DNA from: Candidatus Eiseniibacteriota bacterium
GTDB taxonomy: Bacteria; Eisenbacteria; RBG-16-71-46
Length of the DNA stretch: 56,487 nt
Assembly: GCA_031366795.1 (NCBI GenBank)
Contig: JANLOX010000065.1
Span: 1 to 56,487, forward strand
Reading direction: 5' to 3'
The translations under genes were made by a program, and so were the position numbers. Position 1 is the stretch's first letter, and each line of letters starts with the position of its first letter. Shown here piece by piece: positions 41,316 to 50,756 of this stretch. The notes below the pieces were generated by a model. It saw only the letters and a list, made by a program, of their open reading frames with translations. It was not told the origin of the DNA and searched no databases.

Positions 41316-44300
41316 ATGAAGCGTGTTTCGCCTGGACTGCCGAAGCTCATCACGGCTGCACTTGCCCTCCTGGCATTCGCGTCCGTCGCGGGCGCTGCGG
41401 CGAGACCCCGGGAGCCACTCCCGCATACGGCCCTGACCGCGAATTCCTGGCCGCGTGCCGACGCCGCCACTGCAACGAAGGCGAACGCATGGATGGAGCG
41501 CGCCGCGTCGGGATGGTCTCCCAATCGCGGGCAAGTCGCCGATGCAGCTGGACACGTGGCGTCGAACGTCCTGTTCTCCGCGACGGTCCCCGATGCGCAG
41601 GTCTACGTGACCACGACGGGGATCTCGCACTACTTCTTCAAGCGCGGCGACGAAGACGCTGACCCGGGAGCCGGCAAGCGCGACTCGAAAGCCCAGCCGG
41701 TGGAGTGGGCACGGCTCGACCTCCAGCTAAACGGCGCGGTGATTCGCGCCGATCGCGCACGACTCGAGGATCCGCTCGCGGATCAGGGCAGCACCAACTT
41801 CTACTTGCCGCACTGTCCCAGGGGCGTCTTAAACGTTCAGTCGTACGGCTCGATCACTTTCCCCGATGTCTATCCCGGCATCGATTGGGTGGTGATGAGC
41901 GAGCCCGGCAAGGGCGTGCACCACGACTTCGTCGTGCATCCGGGCGCCGACGTCGCGCAGGTTCGGCTGACCTACGCGGGGGCTACCTCGATCGAGGTCT
42001 CCGACGATCAGCACTCGGTGCGCGTGCGCACTGCCTTCGGCGAGGTGCGCGAAGGCGCGCTCAACTGCTACCAGGGCGACCCGTCGAACCCGGTCGCAGC
42101 GCGGTTTCACCTCGACGGCAACAGCGTGTCGGTGCTCGTCGACTCCTATGATCGCAGCGTGCCGCTGGTGATCGACCCGCCGTTGGTGTGGTCGACGTAC
42201 TACGGTGGCTCAGGCAACGACGGTCCGCGCTCGATCTACTGCGACAACGTCAACAGCAGCGTGTACATCGTCGGCTACAACACCTCGTCGGCGCTGCCCG
42301 TGTTCGATCCCGGCGGCGGTGCGCAGTTCCAGGGCTCGCTGTCTGGATTCGGCGACGGGTTTATCTGGAAATTCAGCCAGCTCGGGGTGCGCCAGTGGGC
42401 GACATACTACGGCGGCAGTAGCAATGAAACCAATGCGGACTGCACCGTCGATGCCACCGGGAACCTCTACGTCTGTGGTAATACCTCATCGACGGATTTG
42501 CCCACTCAGCCACTCGGCGGCGCATACAACCAGCCGGCGAACGCTGGGCCGGCGGGGTCTTACGACGGCTTCGTGCTGAAGTTCAACGCGCTGGGTGTGA
42601 TGCAGTGGGGTACGTACTACGGCGGCAGCGGCGATGATTTCCCGTACGCCATCACCACGGACGCGGGCGGCAAGGTTTACGTCTGCGGCGCCTCGACGTC
42701 GCCTAACCTGTGGCTCGTGAATCCGGGCGGCGGCGCCTATTTCCAGAACACGCTGAACTCGACCGAGGACGCCTTCATTCTCCAGTTCAACGCGCTCGGC
42801 GCGGAGGAGTGGGGGACCTACTTCGGCGGCACGAATGATGGTGACGAGGCGTTCGGGATCGCGACATCGGCCAACAGCGTTTATGTGGTCGGGAATACTC
42901 AATCCGCGACATTCCCCACGCTGAACCCCGGAGGAGGCGCGTACTTTCAAGGCACGCTCTCGGGATTCCAGGATGCCTTCATCTCGCGTTTCAGCCTCGC
43001 CGGGGTGCTTTCGTGGTCGACGTACTACGGTGGTAGCGGTCCCGAGTACGGCGCGAAGACGACCGTCGACGCCAGCGGCAATGTGTTCCTCTGCGGGTCC
43101 ACCGTTTCCGCGAATCTCCCGACCTACAATCCCGGTGCGCCGGCGTACTTCCAAGGGGTGATGGGCGGCGCTTCCGATTTGTTCCTCGCCAAGTTCAACG
43201 CTTCCAATGCCCCCGTCTGGGCGACCTATTTCGGCGGCAACAGCGCCGAGAGTTTCTTCGACAACTACGGCAAGCCAATGGCGGTCGATGCGCAGGGGCG
43301 TGTCTACCTGACGGGCATGACGTATTCGACGAACCTCCCGCTGCTGAATCCCGGAGTCGGGTCGTTCTTCCAGGGCACCCTCAGCGGATCGACCGATGCG
43401 ATCCTCGCCGAGTTCGGCAGCAACAGCATGCTGCTCTGGTCGACCTACTTCGGCGCGAGCGCGGATGAATTCGGGACCAGTGTGTCGGTGGATGGCGACA
43501 GCTGCCTGTTTGCGACCGGAGAATCGGTAGCGCCCGGCACGCTGCTCACGGTGGACCCCGGCAACAATGCATGGTTCCAGCCCGCGAACGCCGGCGGTGA
43601 CGACGCCTACATCGCGAAGTTCTGCACGCCGTGTTCGGCGTGCTGCCTCGACTTCAGCTGCGTCGCCGTCGCCTCGCAGGCGCAATGTTTCGCCATCGGC
43701 GGTACGGCGTTCTTCCCGAACCAAGCGTGCGCCGCAACGGTGTGCAACACCCTGTGCGGGATCTGCGGCCGCAAGTTCAGCGACCTCAATCGCAATGGCG
43801 TCCAGGATAACGGCGAGCCCGGACTGTCCGGCTGGACCATCGAGCTGCGTTATCCGAACGGCACCTGGTTCGCTTCGACGACCACCGATGCGTCCGGCAA
43901 CTATTGCTTCAACAGCATCGCGTGCGGCCCGTGGAAGGTGAACGAAGTGCCGCAGCCCGGCTGGGTGCAGACCTACCCGCCGACGGGCTCGCACACGCTG
44001 GCACTCGGCACCGGCACCACCCAGAACGGAGTAAACTTCGGCAACTATGCCTGCACGACGACCCTGCCGTGCGCCTCGGCGCCCCCGTATCTCGCCGCAT
44101 GGTGGCCGTTCGACGACAGCCCCGGCGCCACCACCGCCGCCGACGTCACGCACGCGAGCCCGCCACGCAATGTCGCCCAGATTCATGGCGGCGGCACGGG
44201 CGGCGCGGGAGCGCTGTGCCTCTCGACGCCGGCGGATTACGCGCGGGTGCCGAACGCGGGGCAGCTCGGCCTCGAGTTCGCGAACGGATCATTCGCCATT

Positions 44301-45803
44301 GCGACGTGGATCAACGTGGCGTCGAGCACCGTCAGCCCGCGCATGATCGTCGAGAAGCGCGCGCTGCTCACGACCTCAACGTCTGGCTACGCGACGCGCG
44401 GCTGGGCGCTCTACCTCAACGGCCTCCAGAGCTACCTCGAGATCGGCACCGGTAGCACGCCGCAGATCATGCCGGGGCCCGTCCTTACCGCGGACACGTG
44501 GTCGCACCTCGTCGTCTCGGTCGATCGCGCGGGAGGACATGGGCGCTGGTACTTGAACGGTTCGCCCATCGCGGCGCTCGACTTCGTTCCCATTAGCGGG
44601 CTCGTCTCCAGCAAGGGAGATGTCTCGATCGGCCAACCGAGCCCGCCATTCGGGGCGGCCGGAGGATTCCAGGGTTGCATCGGCGACCTGTCGCTGTTCT
44701 CGGCGCCGCTCACCTCGGCGGCCGTGAGCAAGGCGTACGGCACCGGGCAGACCGGCTGGTGCCCCGAGTTCGCCGTGATGCCGCAGGTGACGACGATGTG
44801 CAAGAGCCAGACATCGGCGCAAGTGTGCTTCAACATCTGCAACAACAACGCGACGGCACAGAGCTACCACTGGTCGCTCGCCGGATTGCCCGTGGGGGCG
44901 GGCTGTAGCTACGCGGGCCCAACCCAGTTCAGCCCGTCCGCGGGCGTGGTGGCGGTGCCGCCCGGGAGTTGTTCGCCGCCGATCTGCGTGACGATCCAGC
45001 GCCCCGTCGGCTTCACCGCGCAGAACGCGACCTCGTGCTTCGCGCTCACATTCGTCAATGACGCAACCGGCGCCTGCCGCAGCCGGAGTGCCACGCTGCG
45101 CGCGGACAACAGCTGCTGGTGCGCGACGCCGCTGCAGCGGGGAGTCGTGAGTGTGCCAGGGCTGGCAGCAGGTGGAATCGTTGGCATCGGTATCTGGCGC
45201 CTGTGCGATCCCGTCGCGACGCTCGCGTACCAACTGCGGGCGGTCTGGCTCGACGCTGAACACCCGGACCCGCTGGTGCTGCGCCTCAATGGCCTGCCAC
45301 CGGGTACGCCCGTGACCGGATCAGTGACCGCCGCATCGGGTGCGGACAAGCAGCTCAGCGTGAACGTGAGTTACGCGAACGGATACGACCCCGCGGCGCG
45401 CTACGAAATCGTGCTCGAGGCTGACACCGACGGCGACGGCGTGATGGAGACCCTGTGCGGCAGCGTGGTCGAGGCGACCTACGACAGCACCGAGCGCGTG
45501 AACGTGCCCGCGGGCGACGCGGCCGATCACGGCGTGCGGCTGCTGACGAACCCCAACCCGTTCCTCGGCGCCACGACGATCGGGTTTGCGCTGGCGAGTG
45601 CCACGCAGGTCGAGCTGGGCGTCTACGACCTGAGCGGGCGCCTCGTTCGCTCACTCGCGCGCGGGCACCTCGGTGCGGGCGCCCACCGAATCGAGTGGAA
45701 TGGCCGCGACGACGAGGGCCGGCGCGCCACGCCGGGGGTGTACTTCGTGCGGCTGGAGGGTGGCGCGCACCCGGTTGAGGCGAAGCTGGTGAAGGTCCAG
45801 TAG
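41316..45803 (+). CDS. Secreted SBBP beta-propeller / SdrD-B-like / LamG protein with T9SS-type FlgD-Ig C-terminus
   Basis: LVIDP then repeated W[SAG]TY[YF]GG; DLNRNGVQDNGEPGL; AWWPFD..WSHL LamG; PNPF..YDLSGRLV..WNGRD..GVYFVRL. Confidence 0.88.
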   Translation: MKRVSPGLPKLITAALALLAFASVAGAAARPREPLPHTALTANSWPRADAATATKANAWMERAASGWSPNRGQVADAAGHVASNVLFSATVPDAQVYVTTTGISHYFFKRGDEDADPGAGKRDSKAQPVEWARLDLQLNGAVIRADRARLEDPLADQGSTNFYLPHCPRGVLNVQSYGSITFPDVYPGIDWVVMSEPGKGVHHDFVVHPGADVAQVRLTYAGATSIEVSDDQHSVRVRTAFGEVREGALNCYQGDPSNPVAARFHLDGNSVSVLVDSYDRSVPLVIDPPLVWSTYYGGSGNDGPRSIYCDNVNSSVYIVGYNTSSALPVFDPGGGAQFQGSLSGFGDGFIWKFSQLGVRQWATYYGGSSNETNADCTVDATGNLYVCGNTSSTDLPTQPLGGAYNQPANAGPAGSYDGFVLKFNALGVMQWGTYYGGSGDDFPYAITTDAGGKVYVCGASTSPNLWLVNPGGGAYFQNTLNSTEDAFILQFNALGAEEWGTYFGGTNDGDEAFGIATSANSVYVVGNTQSATFPTLNPGGGAYFQGTLSGFQDAFISRFSLAGVLSWSTYYGGSGPEYGAKTTVDASGNVFLCGSTVSANLPTYNPGAPAYFQGVMGGASDLFLAKFNASNAPVWATYFGGNSAESFFDNYGKPMAVDAQGRVYLTGMTYSTNLPLLNPGVGSFFQGTLSGSTDAILAEFGSNSMLLWSTYFGASADEFGTSVSVDGDSCLFATGESVAPGTLLTVDPGNNAWFQPANAGGDDAYIAKFCTPCSACCLDFSCVAVASQAQCFAIGGTAFFPNQACAATVCNTLCGICGRKFSDLNRNGVQDNGEPGLSGWTIELRYPNGTWFASTTTDASGNYCFNSIACGPWKVNEVPQPGWVQTYPPTGSHTLALGTGTTQNGVNFGNYACTTTLPCASAPPYLAAWWPFDDSPGATTAADVTHASPPRNVAQIHGGGTGGAGALCLSTPADYARVPNAGQLGLEFANGSFAIATWINVASSTVSPRMIVEKRALLTTSTSGYATRGWALYLNGLQSYLEIGTGSTPQIMPGPVLTADTWSHLVVSVDRAGGHGRWYLNGSPIAALDFVPISGLVSSKGDVSIGQPSPPFGAAGGFQGCIGDLSLFSAPLTSAAVSKAYGTGQTGWCPEFAVMPQVTTMCKSQTSAQVCFNICNNNATAQSYHWSLAGLPVGAGCSYAGPTQFSPSAGVVAVPPGSCSPPICVTIQRPVGFTAQNATSCFALTFVNDATGACRSRSATLRADNSCWCATPLQRGVVSVPGLAAGGIVGIGIWRLCDPVATLAYQLRAVWLDAEHPDPLVLRLNGLPPGTPVTGSVTAASGADKQLSVNVSYANGYDPAARYEIVLEADTDGDGVMETLCGSVVEATYDSTERVNVPAGDAADHGVRLLTNPNPFLGATTIGFALASATQVELGVYDLSGRLVRSLARGHLGAGAHRIEWNGRDDEGRRATPGVYFVRLEGGAHPVEAKLVKVQ

Positions 45804-45816
45804 GGCGGGGGCTCGG

Positions 45817-45930
45817 CTACGCCGCCAGCCCCGCGTCCTCAACCGCGATCAGTCGTCGGTGATGCTCGAGAACCTCCTGCATAGCACGCAGGAGGTCGGA
45901 CGGCGTGAACGGTTTCGCGAGGAAGCGATA
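45817..45930 (-). pseudogene. 3' remnant of a response-regulator receiver domain
   Basis: FLAKPFTPSDLLRAMQEVL (beta5-alpha5); no upstream receiver motifs in frame. Confidence 0.55.
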
Positions 45931-45983
45931 GAATTTTCGGCACGCGCCAGTCTTGGGATGCCGCCACCCGCAGGAGGCACCAG

Positions 45984-46457
45984 TTGCCAGACTATCCTCT
46001 GATCTTTCGTACAACTCACATTGTGCGGTGCGCCGCGTATGAGGCGCTCATCCGCGTGGATGGTCGCCTCCTCATGGCGCAGGAGGATGGCGAGTGGGTT
46101 TGCAGCGGTGTCGAATCAGGCGGGCTTCTCGAGAGCGGCGCTGGGGCAAATGTCGCTTATGAGATTTTCCGGTCAGGTTTGCGCCGAGCATTGGATGGGT
46201 TGGCTGAATCGAGCAAGACGCTCGCAGAGTTCAGCTCGAAGGCAGAGATGTTCTTCGCCACGGATGAAGTGGAGGAGGCTCGATGGAATTGTGCGCTCGA
46301 AGCCCTAAAGCAGGGCGCCGTTCCACTTGATGAAGCGTTCAGCCTCATGAACAGGATCCCGCCACGCGAGTCACGCATCGACATCCGCCCCTTGGTCGAC
46401 CACTCGAGCGAACCCATCGAGCGAGGTGACGAGATCGCGCTGCCCGAGGCGGCATAG
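45984..46457 (+). CDS. Hypothetical protein with a HicB-like segment (putative antitoxin)
   Basis: AGGAGG RBS and TTG start; LMAQEDGEWVCSGVESGGLLESG..VAYEIFRSGL resembles the HicB N-terminal pattern; acidic. Confidence 0.55.
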   Translation: MPDYPLIFRTTHIVRCAAYEALIRVDGRLLMAQEDGEWVCSGVESGGLLESGAGANVAYEIFRSGLRRALDGLAESSKTLAEFSSKAEMFFATDEVEEARWNCALEALKQGAVPLDEAFSLMNRIPPRESRIDIRPLVDHSSEPIERGDEIALPEAA

Positions 46458-46460
46458 CCG

Positions 46461-46730
46461 TTGAAGGCTAAGGCCGACATCGCGGATGTATTGGCGATGA
46501 TCAAGGAATGCGCGCTGACGGCGGAGGCTTGGGCGACCACGCATTCCGTTTTCATCCAGCACGAGGGCAAAGTCGCCGAATTGCCCAAAGGCCCCGGCGT
46601 CATCAACGATGCGATGGCCTGGAGGCTCAGGAGAATCGACGTTCCGCGCTCCAACGTCCGCAAGTTGGTTCAGTACTTGAGTGTCCCGGTACCCTGCGCT
46701 CACCTGTTCTTCCCGGCGCTGGTCAAGTAG
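46461..46730 (+). CDS. Small protein resembling HicA-type toxins
   Basis: 89 aa, 3 bp after the partner; helix, TTHSVFIQ, VAELP.G, then DVPRSNVRKLVQYL. Confidence 0.5.
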   Translation: MKAKADIADVLAMIKECALTAEAWATTHSVFIQHEGKVAELPKGPGVINDAMAWRLRRIDVPRSNVRKLVQYLSVPVPCAHLFFPALVK

Positions 46731-46836
46731 GCGCGAGCGTTTGCTGCGGGAGTTCGAGTGGATCAAGGCTGCGGCCACCCCGGAGGGTGGCCGCAAGAGA
46801 CAAGCTCTGGCTTGAGCCAAGGGGGCCCGGCCAGCG

Positions 46837-47442
46837 TCAGGGTCCGGTGCAGATTCCGGGTGACGCGGGCGGAATGGCACTCAGGAATGCGTAGATGGCG
46901 CGCAGGTCGCGATCGGTCATGTTGCGGTAAATCGGCCAGGGCATTACCTGCAGCAACTGACCCGCATGATCGGGATCCTCGCCCGTGCGGATCACGTGGA
47001 TGAACTGATCCTCCGTGAGCCCGGCCGGAAGCCCATTCTTTGGCGTGAGGTTCGCCGAGGTGAACGGACCGAAGTGGCGTCCGCCCGCGAGGTAGTTCTG
47101 CGCGTTTGGGTGTCCCGAGCCGTGCTGGTAAGGGTCATCAGCCGGCTGGTAGTTCGGGCACGTGTGGCAATCATTGCAGCCACCCTGCGCGTTCACGATG
47201 TAACTGCCGAGCCCGACTAGGTTGCGCCGTTTGCCGTTCAGGTTCAGCTGCACAGGGCTGATTTCGAAGCCCTTTTGCACACGAGAATCGCTGGCAAGTT
47301 GCGAATCGTCGTCGTCGCGCCCGCGATCCCGATCTTTGGAGCCCCAATCACCCCATGCGGTGTGCGGGGCGGCCAGGAATCCCGCTGCGATGACGAGCGT
47401 GATAGCGGTGACGAATCCCAGTGCGACGCGTTTCGTGCTCAC
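46837..47442 (-). CDS. Exported monoheme cytochrome c
   Basis: GAGGAG RBS and GTG start; signal peptide; CNDCH; SANLTP; distal MPW. Confidence 0.88.
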   Translation of the reverse strand: MSTKRVALGFVTAITLVIAAGFLAAPHTAWGDWGSKDRDRGRDDDDSQLASDSRVQKGFEISPVQLNLNGKRRNLVGLGSYIVNAQGGCNDCHTCPNYQPADDPYQHGSGHPNAQNYLAGGRHFGPFTSANLTPKNGLPAGLTEDQFIHVIRTGEDPDHAGQLLQVMPWPIYRNMTDRDLRAIYAFLSAIPPASPGICTGP

Positions 47443-47740
47443 GGTGCTCCTCCTCTGAGATGTAGGTGACGCGACCCATCGGGTGAGTGGCGGCGCGCCA
47501 CAGCATTCACTCCTCCCAGGGAGCATGCGCGTCGTCACCGAGGCATCCTCGCACAGGTGGCCGTCCGGTTCTACGACCAGCCCCGCGACATGCTTGTGAC
47601 GCCCAGGGTGACCATGGACGGCATGGTGGTGAGCCCAGCCCTTGGATACGCTAGCCTCAATACGCATTCAGTTCATCGTCGGCTCCATGTAGGGCTCACC
47701 CCATCCACTCCAACCACTCGATGTCCAGGAGGCGCCCAAG

Positions 47741-48202
47741 ATGAAGTGGATCACGCGCGAGAACGTGCATGTCGACCGAGTCGCCTGCCCATGGCTGATT
47801 CGCAAGTTTGTCGATCCGCAGGCGGAGTTCCTGTTCGTGCCCGCAGACCAGGTGATGGCTGTCGCAGAGCGGGAGGGAGCAACGCCGTTTGATGTGAAGG
47901 GTGTCGAACTTGGGCACCACGGCGAGGAGTGCTCGTTCGACGCTATCGTCAAGCAGCACGGCTTAAGCTCTGATCCCGCGCTGCTGCTCCTCGCCAAGAT
48001 CGTCAACGGTGCGGATACGGACAATTCGCTCTGGAACCAGCCGGAGTCCGCGGGGCTCAAGGCGGTGGCCGAAGGTTTCCGCGGTCTCGGCTACAGGGAC
48101 GACCACGAGTTGAACGCTGCAGAGTGGATCGTCTACGACGCGCTGTACGCCTATTGCAAACAGATGGTGCAGGCGGGCAAGCATGACGGTGCCTTCCTGT
48201 GA
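47741..48202 (+). CDS. Chromate-resistance ChrB C-terminal-domain protein (ChrF-like)
   Basis: MKWITR..VDRVACPWLIRKFVD..AEFLFV, PFD..G..H..CSFD and YDALY. Confidence 0.9.
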   Translation: MKWITRENVHVDRVACPWLIRKFVDPQAEFLFVPADQVMAVAEREGATPFDVKGVELGHHGEECSFDAIVKQHGLSSDPALLLLAKIVNGADTDNSLWNQPESAGLKAVAEGFRGLGYRDDHELNAAEWIVYDALYAYCKQMVQAGKHDGAFL

Positions 48203-49458
48203 TTTCGCGCGCAGGGGCCATCGGAGCCGCAGTGACGAATCGACCAGGCGACACCGCGCTGCTTTTCGTTACGCGCTCCATCAGGCTCTTCGCGTACGGT
48301 TTTCTCTCGATCGTCTTCGTCCTCTACCTCGCGCGGATCGGACTAGGCGGGCCCGCCATTGGTCTGCTGCTCGCACTGACACTACTGGGCGATGCTGGGA
48401 TCTCACTCTGGATCACCACGCGAGCCGACCGGATTGGCCGCCGGCGCATGCTCATCTTGGGCGCGGGCCTGATGGTCGCCGGGGGGGTGGCATTCCTGCT
48501 CACCCGCAGGCCCGAACTGCTGATGCTCGCGGCCATCGTCGGCGTCATCAGCCCAAGTGGAAACGAGATTGGGCCGTTCCTCTCGATCGAACAGGCTGCG
48601 TTGTCACAGCTCGTATCGGATCAGCAGCGCACACGCGTCTTCGCTTGGTACAACCTGGCAGGCTCCGCCGCTACGGCGCTGGGCGCTCTCGTCGGAGGCT
48701 GGCTCACGCACTTTGCGCAACATGGCGGCATGACCGACTTCGAGTCATATCGGGTGCTGCTCGTGGGCTACGTGGTAGCCGGCTTCGTGCTCGCCGCGCT
48801 GTTCACCTGCCTCTCGCCGGCCGTCGAAACGGCGCCCGCAGTGACGCGCCCGTCAGGTGGCTCGCGATTCGGTCTGCACCAATCGCGCGGCGTGGTGGCC
48901 CGGTTGAGCGCGCTCTTCGCTCTCGACGCGTTCGCGGGTGGATTCGTGCTCCAGAGCGTGATGGCCTACTGGTTTCACGTTCGTTTCGGAGCAAGTTTGG
49001 CCACTCTCGGTAGTCTGTTCTTTGGCGCGAACCTGCTGGCAGCAGTTTCCGCGCTGCTGGCCCATCGGATCGCTGCGCGCATTGGGCTGGTCAACACGAT
49101 GGTCTTCACCCATCTGCCGTCGAACGTGCTGCTTGTGCTCGTGCCGCTGATGCCCACGATGGGAAGCGCCATGGCGGTGCTGTTGGCCCGCTTCGCGATC
49201 TCGCAGATGGACGTGCCGACGCGGCAGTCCTACACGATGGCCGTGGTCGCGCCGGACGAGCGCGCGGCGGCCGCAGGTGTCACGGGAATCGCGCGGTCAC
49301 TTGGCGCCGGCGTGGCACCGATGATCGGCGGTGCATTCCTGCTCACCGGCAGCGGCGTGCCGTTCTTCGTGGCGGGTGGGCTCAAGATCATCTACGACTT
49401 GCTGCTCTACCGGGCGTTCCGCAGGACGCCCGCGCCGACTGACCCGACGGCGCGCTGA
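48199..49458 (+). CDS. MFS transporter
   Basis: ADRIGRRR, GVISPSGNEIGPF and SQMDVPTRQSY; about 12 TM segments; start approximate. Confidence 0.9.
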   Translation: MISRAGAIGAAVTNRPGDTALLFVTRSIRLFAYGFLSIVFVLYLARIGLGGPAIGLLLALTLLGDAGISLWITTRADRIGRRRMLILGAGLMVAGGVAFLLTRRPELLMLAAIVGVISPSGNEIGPFLSIEQAALSQLVSDQQRTRVFAWYNLAGSAATALGALVGGWLTHFAQHGGMTDFESYRVLLVGYVVAGFVLAALFTCLSPAVETAPAVTRPSGGSRFGLHQSRGVVARLSALFALDAFAGGFVLQSVMAYWFHVRFGASLATLGSLFFGANLLAAVSALLAHRIAARIGLVNTMVFTHLPSNVLLVLVPLMPTMGSAMAVLLARFAISQMDVPTRQSYTMAVVAPDERAAAAGVTGIARSLGAGVAPMIGGAFLLTGSGVPFFVAGGLKIIYDLLLYRAFRRTPAPTDPTAR

Positions 49459-49543
49459 CTCGGCAGTGACGACCGCGTATTATGGGGCCATCACCCCTCC
49501 GCAGGATTTCGCCGCCAAGTTCTCACCCCGAGGTCTCCACAGC

Positions 49544-50200
49544 ATGACCGAAATGCCGATCGCACCGGTCGCAGGGACACGCCGGCGCGACGCTGTCCAG
49601 CACGCGCTGCGCCTCGAGGTCATCACGATCGCCTGGATGAGCATGGAGGCGGTTGGCGCGATCGGCGCCGGGCTGCTCGCGCGAAGCACGCTACTGCTCG
49701 CGTTCGGCATCGACAGCGTGATCGAACTCGTGTCCGCCGGCGTGCTCTACCGGCGGCTCCGGCTGGAAGCAGCGGGCGCTGACACTCGCAATGTGGAGGC
49801 GACAGAGGCGATGGCCGGAAAGATCGGCGGGACGCTGCTGTTCGTTCTCGCCGCGTACGTCCTTGCGAGCTCGACCTACAAACTGTTCCACCGGGGTGGC
49901 GCCGCCGAATCGTATGTCGGACTCGCGATCGCTGTCGTCGCCGCGGTCGGCATGCCCGCTCTCGCACGCGCGAAGTTGCGCATCGCCGACCAGATCGGCA
50001 GCCGCGCGCTGCGAGCCGATGCGATGGAGTCCTTCACGTGCGGCTACATGGCGTGGGTGCTCATCGCGGGACTCGGCGCGAACGCGCTGCTGCACTGGTG
50101 GTGGCTCGACGCGGCCGGGGCGCTCGTGTTGGTGCCGTTGCTGGTCAAGGAGGGGCGCGAGGCCTTCACGGGCGAGTGTCGCTGCGGGGATGGGAAGTGA
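49544..50200 (+). CDS. Short cation-diffusion-facilitator-type transporter (TM domain only)
   Basis: LLAFGIDSVIE, ALRADA and WWWLD motifs; C-terminal ECRC. Confidence 0.82.
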   Translation: MTEMPIAPVAGTRRRDAVQHALRLEVITIAWMSMEAVGAIGAGLLARSTLLLAFGIDSVIELVSAGVLYRRLRLEAAGADTRNVEATEAMAGKIGGTLLFVLAAYVLASSTYKLFHRGGAAESYVGLAIAVVAAVGMPALARAKLRIADQIGSRALRADAMESFTCGYMAWVLIAGLGANALLHWWWLDAAGALVLVPLLVKEGREAFTGECRCGDGK

Positions 50201-50207
50201 GGGCGCG

Positions 50208-50516
50208 ATGAGGATCCAGCTGTTGAGCCATCCCGGCTGCCCCAACGCGTCCGCGACGCGCGAGCAGCTCTTGCGGGCGCTCGGGCTCGCGGGACTTGCG
50301 GCGGAGATCGAGGAGATCGACACGATGTCCGAGGCGACCCCGGAGCAGCTACGTGGCTGGGGCTCGCCCACGGTTCTCATCGACGGCGAGGACTTGGTTG
50401 GCGAATCCCCGTCCGGCAGGGCCAGTTGTCGGCTTTACCGCGGTGGCGATGGAGAGAGCAGCGGAGCGCCGACGGTATCGCTCCTCGTCACGGTGCTCCG
50501 GCATTGCGCTGGCTGA
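50208..50516 (+). CDS. Small thioredoxin-like protein of the type found in mer/metal loci
   Basis: MRIQLL..PGCPN, GSPTVLIDGEDL and SCRLY. Confidence 0.78.
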   Translation: MRIQLLSHPGCPNASATREQLLRALGLAGLAAEIEEIDTMSEATPEQLRGWGSPTVLIDGEDLVGESPSGRASCRLYRGGDGESSGAPTVSLLVTVLRHCAG

Positions 50517-50579
50517 GTGGCGATCGATGGCGGAGCAGCATGACGCGTGATGACCATGACCGCGCAACTCGTTGCGAAA

Positions 50580-50638
50580 TGGTGCCGGAGGGGGAGGTCG
50601 AACCCCCACGCCCCATTCGAGACTCCGGATTTTGAGTC
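50580..50638 (-). pseudogene. 3' half of tRNA-Leu(CAA), probable att site of an integrated element
   Basis: Minus strand GACTCAAAATCCGG, variable arm, GGGGGTTCGACC, TCCGGCACCA; D-arm and 5' acceptor strand absent. Confidence 0.85.
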
Positions 50639-50756
50639 GTCGGGTCGGGGTGGTACAGGATGGTACCAACGGGCACAACTGGCCATCAACAGCCATCATC
50701 GGCGATACCGATTGTGTCATCCAGTACCGTTTGAAACCGATGGTGTCGAATGGTTC

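Noticed and set aside
42486-44186. 566-aa minus-strand ORF
   Set aside because: Antisense to the SBBP gene; no independent support
50580-50670. Intact tRNA-Leu gene
   Set aside because: No 5' acceptor strand or D-arm, so it is reported as a fragment
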